Origin: an uncultured Pseudomonadales bacterium
GTDB taxonomy: Bacteria; Patescibacteriota; Microgenomatia; UBA1400; UBA1396
Direction of reading: 5' to 3'
DNA: 64,000 nucleotides
Assembly (NCBI GenBank): GCA_964511175.1
Contig: CAZEEI010000001.1
Coordinates: 23,216-87,215, forward strand
How positions within the stretch are numbered: the first letter of the stretch is position 1; each line of letters opens with the position of its first letter. Below are positions 56,257 through 64,000 of this stretch, piece after piece. The notes under the pieces were generated by a model that worked only from the letters and a program-made list of their open reading frames with translations, made no database searches and was not told the DNA's origin. Made by a program: the position numbers and the translations under genes.

Positions 56257-56367
56257 TTTCAAAAACCCAAAAACCAGTAGTTGTACAACTATGATCTTGT
56301 GGAGCCTTTTCGGTTGAGGCTGGACTCGAGGTAAGTTGTACAACTGTTGGTTTTGGTCATTTTGATA
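56257..56367. repeat. TTGTACAA inverted-repeat element, copy D (two boxes 55 bp apart)
   Basis: Ungapped match to copy A, about 90/107 nt by hand count. Confidence 0.88.
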
Positions 56368-56375
56368 TATGCTGT

Positions 56376-57020
56376 CTAATCTAGGTATGGCCACAAAGCC
56401 ATGAGGTTGCGTTCGTGAACACAATACTGCGCTAAAGAGGCCACCTCTTCCCGCCACGTAACACCGCCAAAATAAATGAAGCGATCGGCAATTAATCCGG
56501 CTTCATAGTCCGATATCCCATCACCAATTACGGCGGTGGGGCCGGGATTATTTTTTCTGATTTGAGTAACGATTTGTTGTTTGCCGAGATTACGCCAGAG
56601 AGGTATCGAACGGTCGAGCTCCCGGAATTTGCCGGATTCTGTGAAGAGTAGGTGATTGGCGAAAACATTTTCTCGGGGAATAGCTAAATAATCGGTCAGC
56701 GGATAAATACATTCAACATAGCCACCAGTTACCACAAAAATATTAGCCGAATGAACTCGTAAATGATGCAGTAGCCTTCTAGTACCTGGCGTCACATTCT
56801 GTTGATATAGTTGACCGATTATTTCTAATTCCGATTTGGTTGGTTGAAGCAAAGTTAAACGCTTAAGAAAAATTTTCTCCAGCAGTATTTTGCCGCTCAT
56901 AGCCTGATTAGTCAGCCGCTCAATCTGCGGACGCATTTTTTTCAATTCACCCAATTGGTCAATACCCTCAATGGTTGACAAAGTACTGTCTAGATCAAAA
57001 ACAACATTTGTAAACTTCAT
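56376..57020 (-). CDS. HAD-IB phosphatase, phosphoserine phosphatase (SerB)-like
   Basis: FDLDSTLSTIEGID, TNQAMSG, VTGG, K, IGDGISD. Confidence 0.85.
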   Translation of the reverse strand: MKFTNVVFDLDSTLSTIEGIDQLGELKKMRPQIERLTNQAMSGKILLEKIFLKRLTLLQPTKSELEIIGQLYQQNVTPGTRRLLHHLRVHSANIFVVTGGYVECIYPLTDYLAIPRENVFANHLLFTESGKFRELDRSIPLWRNLGKQQIVTQIRKNNPGPTAVIGDGISDYEAGLIADRFIYFGGVTWREEVASLAQYCVHERNLMALWPYLD

Positions 57021-57048
57021 AATTCCTTTCAAGATTGATTAAATGTCA

Positions 57049-57102
57049 AAAATACCGCCACCGGCGGAAAACTAAACAAGCAAACGAAATACCTCGTTCG
57101 CT
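57049..57102 (-). promoter_or_regulatory. Candidate attenuator hairpins between the Ser leader and the SerB-like gene
   Basis: AGCGAACGA/TCGTTTGCT hairpin, then CCGCC-GGT-GGCGG followed by TATTTTT. Confidence 0.55.
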
Positions 57103-57156
57103 CTAACGGGAGGAAGAGGAAAAGACTATCTGGAAGGCAAAAAAGGCCTTAATCAT
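57103..57156 (-). CDS. Candidate leader peptide MIKAFFAFQIVFSSSSR
   Basis: Hand translation; TCC TCT TCC TCC run; TGaTAGAAT box 9 nt upstream of the ATG. Confidence 0.6.
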   Translation of the reverse strand: MIKAFFAFQIVFSSSSR

Positions 57157-57171
57157 AACTGCATCATTCTA

Positions 57172-57477
57172 TCATACTTTCGATGGCTTAATTTTACTTT
57201 TAACAGCATAAGCAAATAATCGAATAATCGGCCGATTCTCCTTGGTGTAAATATCTCTGACTCCCAATGTCGCTTGACAATGCGGGCAGACTAAACATTC
57301 TTGGTTGTCGTCTAATAATTTAGGATTAACAATCCGATCAAGATACATTCTTTTTAAAGGTCCAGATCCATCTTTTTGATAATGGCAGACGGGTGTGTCA
57401 CAAGTAGCACAGTCAATTTGTAGTAAACGACTCCATCCACCCCGATTTTGACGATATTGGTCATTAATTAGTGGCAT
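57172..57477 (-). CDS. Small Zn-ribbon protein
   Basis: CATC and CPHC pairs, YQKDGSGPLKRMYLDRI; TATAAT 7 nt before ATG 57477. Confidence 0.75.
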   Translation of the reverse strand: MPLINDQYRQNRGGWSRLLQIDCATCDTPVCHYQKDGSGPLKRMYLDRIVNPKLLDDNQECLVCPHCQATLGVRDIYTKENRPIIRLFAYAVKSKIKPSKV

Positions 57478-57512
57478 CAGCGTCATTATATACCTGCTAT
57501 TTTAAAGGGTGT

Positions 57513-57983
57513 TTATTTTGCAAAACTACCAATTATCGGATTAGACACCATTTGGAAATCCACATATTTCATGCGAATAGAAACAGAATGCGATCCAGCA
57601 CTAAAAAATATTTCTTTTTCATTTCCCAGCTTAGTATCCACATATAAAGGAATATTAAATAGGTTGCCAAAAGGGGGGACAGCCCCTATTTCCACTCCGC
57701 TAATTTTCTGCACCTCCTCAGGAATAGCCAGCGCCAAATTTTTAACTTTGATTAACTTTTTAATTTTTTGGAAATCGACTTTATCTTCGCCGGAAACAAC
57801 CACCATTAATGGTTTACCGTCGCCCAAGAGGATGAGAGCCTTAGTTCCCTGCGACAAACTTGCTCCAACCATTTTGGCGGCCTTGACAGAATTAAACACG
57901 GCCGGATGTTCAACCAGATTGTAGGCGACTCCTGTTTCCCGCAATAGGTCAATGATTTTTTCCGACAAAACTTTTTCTTTCAT
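57513..57983 (-). CDS. YbaK/ProXp-type aminoacyl-tRNA deacylase
   Basis: HP, TKAL, GVEIGAVPPFG, FSAG. Confidence 0.9.
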   Translation of the reverse strand: MKEKVLSEKIIDLLRETGVAYNLVEHPAVFNSVKAAKMVGASLSQGTKALILLGDGKPLMVVVSGEDKVDFQKIKKLIKVKNLALAIPEEVQKISGVEIGAVPPFGNLFNIPLYVDTKLGNEKEIFFSAGSHSVSIRMKYVDFQMVSNPIIGSFAK

Positions 57984-59161
57984 TTATCACCATTCATTAC
58001 GAAGTAGCTATCACTAACCTGGCCTCGTTTTTTGGCAGAACCGTCAAAACGGTCAGCATTAAAGAAGGCGGCTAATTCCGGATAAGTAGAGCTGGTTTCC
58101 AAAATTGATTCGGCCAGTAGTTTACCCAAAACCGGGAAATGTTTATAACCGGTGCCGCTAAAACCGCTGGCAACGTAATAATTGGGTAGCTTGGTTTGGC
58201 CAACAATCGGGTAATAATCTGGAGTGATATCGATGCAGGAATCAAAGCCGCCCAGACTAATGGCATGGCTGAAGTCAGGTAGACGTTGGCTGATTTGTTC
58301 AAAATATTGCTTAATCATTGGCAAGCGGAAAAGTAATTCGCCGGCATTATGCGGCGCAATTTGCTGGTTTAAGTCCAGCGCCACGCTGCTGACATCCACA
58401 AATTCCGGATGGGGAATAAGATAAAACAAATTCACAAAATCAGCGATGGCGATTTGGGTGTTGCGCATTTGAAGCGGCAAACGGTAAAAGCAGTTAGTAA
58501 TGTTGATTACTTTGACCGGCAATTTCAGATCGAGAAACCGGTTAATCGTGTTGGTTGCCGCCGCTGTGGCGTTACATACCTTAATCGCTTCAATGGTGTC
58601 CTGTTCAGTAGCGACGATAAAACCAGCACCCCTGGTTCTAACATCGATAACTGGGCAATTTTCCCTAATTTCTACACCATGTTGACGACACTGATCAAGC
58701 AGATAACCGATAGTGCGCACCGGATTTAAATAGCCGGCCTGCGGATCGTAACCGGCGCAGGTGTTGGTGACGTTCAAGTCAGGATAAAGCGCTTTGATGG
58801 CCTGCTCTTCTAAGTATTGGGCCTCGATACCCAGTGATTGTAAAAGCTGCACGTTATCTTGCATGGCCTGGCTTTGGTCCAGGGAGTTGAGAACTAATAA
58901 TCCTTTGCGGACATACTGCAATCGGTTTTTTGACCGACCGAGGCGGCGTAAAGCTAAGTAACTTTCGTGGGCGGAAAAAGCCATTTCCTTAGCATTGTAA
59001 AAATGACGTACCAAGCCGCAACACTGACCAGTTTGGCCGGCGCCGGCGATTTGCTTTTCCAAAACTATGATGTGGTATTTGTCGCTAACCCTTTTAGCCA
59101 ACTCTAAGGCCGTAGCTAAACCGGTACTGCCGGCGCCGATAATAACGATGTTTTTTAACAT
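57980..59161 (-). CDS. DAO-family FAD oxidoreductase (sarcosine oxidase/proline dehydrogenase beta-like)
   Basis: VIIGAGSTG, GQTGQCCGLVR, TPDYYPIVG, GFSGTGYK. Confidence 0.88.
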   Translation of the reverse strand: MLKNIVIIGAGSTGLATALELAKRVSDKYHIIVLEKQIAGAGQTGQCCGLVRHFYNAKEMAFSAHESYLALRRLGRSKNRLQYVRKGLLVLNSLDQSQAMQDNVQLLQSLGIEAQYLEEQAIKALYPDLNVTNTCAGYDPQAGYLNPVRTIGYLLDQCRQHGVEIRENCPVIDVRTRGAGFIVATEQDTIEAIKVCNATAAATNTINRFLDLKLPVKVINITNCFYRLPLQMRNTQIAIADFVNLFYLIPHPEFVDVSSVALDLNQQIAPHNAGELLFRLPMIKQYFEQISQRLPDFSHAISLGGFDSCIDITPDYYPIVGQTKLPNYYVASGFSGTGYKHFPVLGKLLAESILETSSTYPELAAFFNADRFDGSAKKRGQVSDSYFVMNGDK

Positions 59162-59177
59162 AATTGTCCTTTTCAAA

Positions 59178-59204
59178 TTAAAAGCCCCCTGGGAGAGGGG
59201 GCTT
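59178..59204 (-). terminator. Terminator-like hairpin immediately upstream of the oxidoreductase
   Basis: AAGCCCCCT-CTCCC-AGGGGGCTT followed by TTAATTT on the minus strand. Confidence 0.7.
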
Positions 59205-59225
59205 AGTTTTAGTTAATTGATTTTT

Positions 59226-59321
59226 TTATGCCACCGCTCCTCTTTTGCCACCAATAATGTATCGCCAAGCTGCCAAAAGCGGTGAATTAGAGATAAGTAT
59301 TTGGCAAAACTGGTTTTTCAT
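59226..59321 (-). CDS. Candidate 31-aa leader peptide
   Basis: MKNQFCQILISNSPLLAAWRYIIGGKRGAVA by hand translation; ends about 20 nt before the hairpin. Confidence 0.4.
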   Translation of the reverse strand: MKNQFCQILISNSPLLAAWRYIIGGKRGAVA

Positions 59322-59333
59322 ATTAGTCGGTTT

Positions 59334-60362
59334 CTAGATACTGGCAAACAGGGGAATAACTTGATTAAGGGTATCAATGTGCAAGTTGCCCAGGACGTTG
59401 TTCATCAGAGTGGCATGCCGTTTAACCGGTTTTTCTGTGTTATTAGTTAGAGTCAAGGCAAAGCCTTTTTGTGCCCGGGCGGGTCGGGTAATACGACTAC
59501 GAAATCCCTGTCGCGTAAAGACGCGAGCCAGATTAGGCGCATTAAACCAAGTCGATAAAAATACCGCTTGATCACGACGACTTGTATTGCGTGGTTCTTT
59601 ACTAATTAAAACGCGCATACCAATCAGATCAGGATGTTTTTGTGCATAGCTTTTGAGAGTAGCGCGAATAGCATTTAAATTATGGCGGTGCTGGCTACTA
59701 TCATAATCCACTACCGGAGTACCTTCGCTAAAAGTGCCGTTAGCAAAGAAAAGAGGTATGATTTGCGTCTGATGACCCAGAATTTCACTCATACCACCAG
59801 CATATTCGTCCAATCCCGCCTCTTCACCCGTGGTTTCTCGATCAATCTTCATTAGACAAGTTAAATCATATAATCCTAAGGTGACCGATCCGGCTTGTTC
59901 ATTAGGAGACAACGGTACTTGCTCCAGCGAACCAACAATACATTGGTGGTTCTTAATAATACCTTTTTGTTGGAGCAATCCCAGATTGCGACGAGCGGCT
60001 TGGATAAATTGGGGAGCAATATCAATAGCTGTTACTTTATCGATTAAAATATTTTTACCGAGTAAGCTCTCTGCTTCACCCAGCGCGGTGATTTCGCGTT
60101 TAGCCGTTGCCGATCCTAAAAAGACCAAATCTAAATTGTTACCCACTTGTTGGTAAGTTTTGGCCAATTCCTGAGCAACCAAACTAATCTCTTCTTGTTC
60201 AAAAAGACCAACCGAAGAAGGGGCACCCTCGATAGCTGTCACTGGCACGTCGCTCCACATTCGGACAATGCTTTCTGCCAACAGTCCTAGAGCAGTTGTG
60301 GATTGGGCTTGGTTCTTAATTTCCGAGCTGGGTTTTGTCTTTAAAGCGTCAGGTTTAGTCAT
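59334..60362 (-). CDS. Class I SAM-dependent methyltransferase-like protein
   Basis: LVFLGSATAKRE (motif I-like), VTAIDIAPQFIQAARRNL (motif II), C-terminal NNVLGNL; AGGAG RBS. Confidence 0.55.
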   Translation of the reverse strand: MTKPDALKTKPSSEIKNQAQSTTALGLLAESIVRMWSDVPVTAIEGAPSSVGLFEQEEISLVAQELAKTYQQVGNNLDLVFLGSATAKREITALGEAESLLGKNILIDKVTAIDIAPQFIQAARRNLGLLQQKGIIKNHQCIVGSLEQVPLSPNEQAGSVTLGLYDLTCLMKIDRETTGEEAGLDEYAGGMSEILGHQTQIIPLFFANGTFSEGTPVVDYDSSQHRHNLNAIRATLKSYAQKHPDLIGMRVLISKEPRNTSRRDQAVFLSTWFNAPNLARVFTRQGFRSRITRPARAQKGFALTLTNNTEKPVKRHATLMNNVLGNLHIDTLNQVIPLFASI

Positions 60363-60487
60363 TTTTCTCCTCAGTGTAGCTATTCTGCATAGACTAATTC
60401 TATTCAAACTATCTGTTTTTACCACATCAATCAACTCTCGTCAATAAGTAGGTTAATCTCGTCTAAGAAGAGTGATACAATAAAAGC

Positions 60488-60705
60488 AATTGTCGAACCA
60501 ATCGGTGACAGGTTGGTTACACGAATTCCTAGTTCGTGGTTCCGTAGGGAGGGCAGGTGAGGAACCGGTAAGCTAACTCATCCGGCTGGTTGGTCGTTAC
60601 GCAACTTAATGAGCTTGGCCTTAGCCAAGAAAAGTCAGGTGGTACCACGGTTTGTCCGCCGTCCTGGCAAGCACTAGCAAAGTAGTGTTTGCGGGGACGG
60701 TTTTT
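60488..60705 (+). promoter_or_regulatory. T-box riboswitch (transcriptional) upstream of csaA-proS
   Basis: Antiterminator CAGG-TGGTACC-ACGG...CCGT-CCTG (60636-60666); stem III CTTGGC/GCCAAG; IIA/B TCGTTA/TAATGA; overlapping terminator ending GGACGG-TTTTT. Confidence 0.85.
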
Positions 60706-60724
60706 AAAGTTAGGAGAGGGTGCT

Positions 60725-61060
60725 ATGGCCACATATGATGATTTTGCTAAACTCGATATTCGAGTGGGAAGGGTGATTGCTGTCGAAGATTTTCCACAGG
60801 CGCGTAAACCAGCTTATAAACTCACAATCGATTTTGGTCCCGAAATTGGTCAGAAACGTTCGAGTGTCCAAATAACTAAGCACTATCGGCAAGAGGAACT
60901 AATCGGTAAACAGGTTTTAGGAGTGGTAAATTTTCCACCGCGCCAAATCGGTTCTTTTCTATCCGAAGTCTTAACACTCGGCGCGCCCGATATCGACGGA
61001 GCTTGTATTTTAATTAGGCCGGATAAAGAAGAGGCGACAATTGGGGGGAAACTGTTTTAA
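60725..61060 (+). CDS. csaA: CsaA/Trbp111-like tRNA-binding OB-fold protein
   Basis: DFAKLDIRVG, FPQARKPAYKLTIDFG, VNFPPRQIG..SEVL.LG. Confidence 0.88.
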   Translation: MATYDDFAKLDIRVGRVIAVEDFPQARKPAYKLTIDFGPEIGQKRSSVQITKHYRQEELIGKQVLGVVNFPPRQIGSFLSEVLTLGAPDIDGACILIRPDKEEATIGGKLF

Positions 61061-61072
61061 GATAAGGAAGTT

Positions 61073-62509
61073 ATGATTGATTCGGCCAACGCTCGTCTCA
61101 AAAAAAAATCGGAAAACATGTCGGAGTGGTATACCGATGTTATTTTGCGCGCCCAGTTGGCCGACTATGCCCCGGTCAAGGGTTGTATGGTGTTGCGTCC
61201 TTATGGTTACGCTCTCTGGGAAAATATTCAAAAGGAGTTGGATCCCAAACTTAAGCAACTCGGTTGCCAAAATGCCTATTTTCCGTTGTTTATTCCTCAG
61301 TCACTGCTGCAGCGCGAAAGCGAACACGTGGAAGGTTTTGCCCCGGAAGTAGCGGTGGTGACCCATGCTGGCGGGAAACAACTTGAGGAGCCACTGATTG
61401 TTCGGCCGACTTCGGAAACCATCATGTATGAGATGTACCATAAATGGATTCAGTCTTATCGGGATTTGCCATTGGCTCTTAATCAATGGAATAACGTCGT
61501 GCGCTGGGAAAAGCGAACTTACTTTTTCCTGCGAACCACTGAATTTCTCTGGCAAGAAGCGCACACGGCCCATGCCACTCACGCTGAAGCACAGAAAATG
61601 GTTCTGGATGGTTTGCACGCCTACGCCGAATTAGCGGAAAACTTTTTAGCCATGCCAGTAGTTAAAGGTGTCAAAAGCGAATCAGAGAAGTTTGCCGGTG
61701 CCTTCCAGACCACCACCATTGAAGCAATGATGCCAGACGGTAAGGCGCTGCAAAGTGGCACCAGCCATGATTTGGGTCAAAACTTTGCGCAGGCTTTTAA
61801 CATTACCTTCCAGGATCAAAACGGTGACAATCAATTTGTCTGGCAGACTAGTTTTGGTTTGTCTACCCGTATTTTGGGTGGTCTGATCATGACCCATGGC
61901 GACGATAAAGGCTTGGTTTTTCCGCCTAAGGTAGCGCCAATTCAAGTCATGATTTTACCGGTGCGCACCGATGATTACCGCTTAGTAGAATTTGCCCATT
62001 TGCTGGAAGCTCGTTTACTCAAGCGGGGGGTCCGGGCAGCCGTGGATGAGCGGAATAAACTTTCCTTAGGTTACCGGATTAATGATGCCGAACTTAAGGG
62101 TATTCCGCTGCGTTTGGAAGTCGGTCCGCGTGAATTAGCCGCCGCCGAAGTCCAGTTGGCCGTTCGTCACTTGGGCGAAAAGAGGGGATTATCGGTAGAG
62201 CATTTCGAAGAAGGAGCACAAAAACTATTAACTTGGATTCAGGAAGATATGCTGGCGCGGGCTAAACAAAGAATGCAGGACAATACCCATGATGCCCATT
62301 CGCAAGCCGAATTTGAAGAAATTATGCGCACCACTCGCGGTTTTATTCGGGCCTATTGGGACGAAACAGCCGTTACGGAAGCCAAGATTAAGGAGCTCAC
62401 TAAGGCTACCACGCGCTGTGTGCCGCTAGATGAGCCGGAGAGTGAGGGGACTGATATTTTCTCCGGTCAACCGGCCAAAAGACGCTGGTTGTTTGCGCAA
62501 GCCTACTAA
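61073..62509 (+). CDS. proS: Proline--tRNA ligase, archaeal/eukaryote-like type without an INS editing domain
   Basis: EHVEGFAPEV, RPTSET, QWNNVVRWE, FLRTTEFLWQE, C-terminal FAQAY. Confidence 0.97.
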   Translation: MIDSANARLKKKSENMSEWYTDVILRAQLADYAPVKGCMVLRPYGYALWENIQKELDPKLKQLGCQNAYFPLFIPQSLLQRESEHVEGFAPEVAVVTHAGGKQLEEPLIVRPTSETIMYEMYHKWIQSYRDLPLALNQWNNVVRWEKRTYFFLRTTEFLWQEAHTAHATHAEAQKMVLDGLHAYAELAENFLAMPVVKGVKSESEKFAGAFQTTTIEAMMPDGKALQSGTSHDLGQNFAQAFNITFQDQNGDNQFVWQTSFGLSTRILGGLIMTHGDDKGLVFPPKVAPIQVMILPVRTDDYRLVEFAHLLEARLLKRGVRAAVDERNKLSLGYRINDAELKGIPLRLEVGPRELAAAEVQLAVRHLGEKRGLSVEHFEEGAQKLLTWIQEDMLARAKQRMQDNTHDAHSQAEFEEIMRTTRGFIRAYWDETAVTEAKIKELTKATTRCVPLDEPESEGTDIFSGQPAKRRWLFAQAY

Positions 62510-62553
62510 AGTTGTGATTGACCAATACACATATTTGTGTGTACAATTCGGCC

Positions 62554-62859
62554 ATGAATATTAATGCGGCTCGTCAAATACAGTATTGGCAGGATTTATC
62601 GGCCGGTTTGTTGTTGGGTAAGGTTAAGGCAGATCGACGTCTCCAAGTGAAGATGCCTAGCCAAGTGGTGGTCCAACTGGACGCCTTGTTTCCTGATGTT
62701 GACCGTAGTTTTGTCTTAACCCAGCTGGCGGTTAATGCCATTGCTCAGGAATTAAAATTTCACGACAGGGAGGCGTTGCGTTCTTTGGCTAGTGCCGAAC
62801 AGAGTGGTTTAGATGACATGTTGGTTTATCTGGAGAAAAGGGATGCCGAGTCAGACTAA
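62554..62859 (+). CDS. Putative antitoxin (RHH-like)
   Basis: Overlaps a MazF gene; RLQVKMP..VV.QLD...DRS pattern; ACACA-TATT-TGTGT palindrome upstream. Confidence 0.65.
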   Translation: MNINAARQIQYWQDLSAGLLLGKVKADRRLQVKMPSQVVVQLDALFPDVDRSFVLTQLAVNAIAQELKFHDREALRSLASAEQSGLDDMLVYLEKRDAESD

Positions 62860-63196
62860 CCCTGTTTTGCCGAAGGCAGGCGATATTTTTCTCGTTAAGT
62901 TTCATCCGGGGTATGGAACGGAGTTGCGCAAGTACCGGCCGGCAGTGATTGTTTCGGATCGAGTTACCTTGGCCGACCAGCGCTTTGCCCTCATCGCTCC
63001 TTTAACCACCAGTACTAAAATTTTTCATCCTCGGACAGAATTAACCATTAAGCGCAATCCTGCTTTAGAAAAAGATTCGGTTTTATTATGCTGGTATTTA
63101 TGGACAATTGATGTTGATCGATTGGTAAGAAAATTAGGTAGTTTAAGTTTGACCGATCAACATAAGATGACTGAGATGCTACGCGATTTATTTTAG
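62843..63196 (+). CDS. MazF/PemK toxin
   Basis: GDIFLVKFHPGYGTELRKYRPAVIVS, APLTT, RLVRKLG. Confidence 0.92.
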   Translation: MPSQTNPVLPKAGDIFLVKFHPGYGTELRKYRPAVIVSDRVTLADQRFALIAPLTTSTKIFHPRTELTIKRNPALEKDSVLLCWYLWTIDVDRLVRKLGSLSLTDQHKMTEMLRDLF

Positions 63197-63327
63197 GATA
63201 CCGTCCTAGAACAAATAATTTTGTCCAGGCTAAAATTAGTTATACGCCGTAAGATGGGCTTTTTTACCGCGTATACAACCCGAAGAAAAATGCTACTATA
63301 CATCTTAGTCCAACCCGGTGAGGGGAG

Positions 63328-63366
63328 AAGTATCACCACTCGCAAGAGATGGTGATACTTTGTTTT
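63328..63366 (+). terminator. Intrinsic terminator-like hairpin
   Basis: AAGTATCACCA...TGGTGATACTT followed by TGTTTT. Confidence 0.72.
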
Positions 63367-63401
63367 AATAGTCTTATTATTATGAGTCGGCGGTCGCCTT
63401 T

Positions 63402-64000
63402 ATGACCAAGGATCAGCGCCAATTTTTTCCCGATTTTCTCCGAACCCTGGCCATTATTGGCGTAGTAGCGATTCATGCTGACACCATCACTAGTTCTTTT
63501 ACCAATTATGTCGGCGGCATCTCTTGGTGGTTGGTCAATATAGTGGTGTCTTTTTCCCGGGCAGCCGTACCCCTGTTTATCATGTTAAGCGGTTACCTAC
63601 TTTTGTCGCGAGATCGCGATTATTCGTCAGCCGAAATTCGCCACAAAGTAGGGCACCGGATTGGCATACCGCTGATTTTTTGGACAGGAGTCTTTTATTT
63701 TTGGGAAGTTTTTTGGCGGAAAGGCAAGCTAGAGTGGCTATCGGTTGGCCGGCAAATTCTTTCCGGTAATATTTTTCACCTTTATTTTTTAGTAATCATG
63801 ATCGGTTTATATTTAGCCACTCCTTATTTACGTCGCCAGATCAGTAAAATCAGTATGCGACAGCTGTGGGTCATTATTGTGGTGATTTTTAGTGTTGATT
63901 TTCTGGGGGAATTAACCAGTTATTTATTTTTTAATACTTCTTTAGCCACCGGGGCCATTTTTTACTTTCTGCCTTATACGGCCTATTTTTTAAGCGGTTA
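63402..64000 (+). CDS. Acyltransferase-3 (WecH/OafA-like), 3'-truncated
   Basis: Hand translation: DFLRTLAIIGVVAIH...RAAVPLFIMLSGYLLL; absent from the ORF track because it has no stop in the window. Confidence 0.88.
   Translation, partial: MTKDQRQFFPDFLRTLAIIGVVAIHADTITSSFTNYVGGISWWLVNIVVSFSRAAVPLFIMLSGYLLLSRDRDYSSAEIRHKVGHRIGIPLIFWTGVFYFWEVFWRKGKLEWLSVGRQILSGNIFHLYFLVIMIGLYLATPYLRRQISKISMRQLWVIIVVIFSVDFLGELTSYLFFNTSLATGAIFYFLPYTAYFLSG

Noticed and set aside
1187-63232. TAGCCTGG/CCAGGCTA seen about 15 times
   Set aside because: Found on both strands with no clear polarity and plausibly explained by frequent TTAGCC/AGCCTG codon pairs; needs a Markov-model test that I cannot run.
63524-63769. 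81-aa ORF in the track
   Set aside because: Alternate frame inside the acyltransferase gene starting at 63402.

Overview
This 64-kb window looks like chromosomal DNA from a Patescibacteria/CPR (probably Microgenomates-like) bacterium. That is inferred from gene content: short EF-Ts, archaeal-type ProRS, PEGA and PaaX-like genes, many orphans, standard code. Housekeeping blocks: leuS; comEA/comEC; ndk; secE-nusG-rplKAJL; galU; metK; def-fmt; mreB-like-mreCD-PBP2-dprA-topA; dcd-dut-tmk-nfo; folD-pyrH-rpsB-tsf-frr-rseP-prs; proS. There are also three tRNAs and three type II toxin-antitoxin pairs. Signals read by eye that the ORF track misses: (1) a 3'-truncated gene (1-1104, minus) joining two tyrosine-recombinase core-binding domains to a TM helix and a surface-protein domain, with a dif-like 28-mer nearby; (2) two dispersed repeat families, a 22-bp AGGGT-N3-ACCCT-CCAGGCGTG motif inside unrelated genes and ~105-bp intergenic inverted-repeat elements with phased TTGTACAA boxes; (3) cis-regulatory and non-coding RNAs: a SAM-I-like riboswitch, a compact 6S-like RNA, a T-box before csaA-proS, a Ser-tetrad leader peptide before a SerB-like gene, and a second leader/terminator before an FAD oxidoreductase; (4) two degenerate MreB paralogs, MazG-like and JAB-like orphans, and repeated tandem duplication of orphan genes. 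All calls come from manual motif reading; no searches were run.
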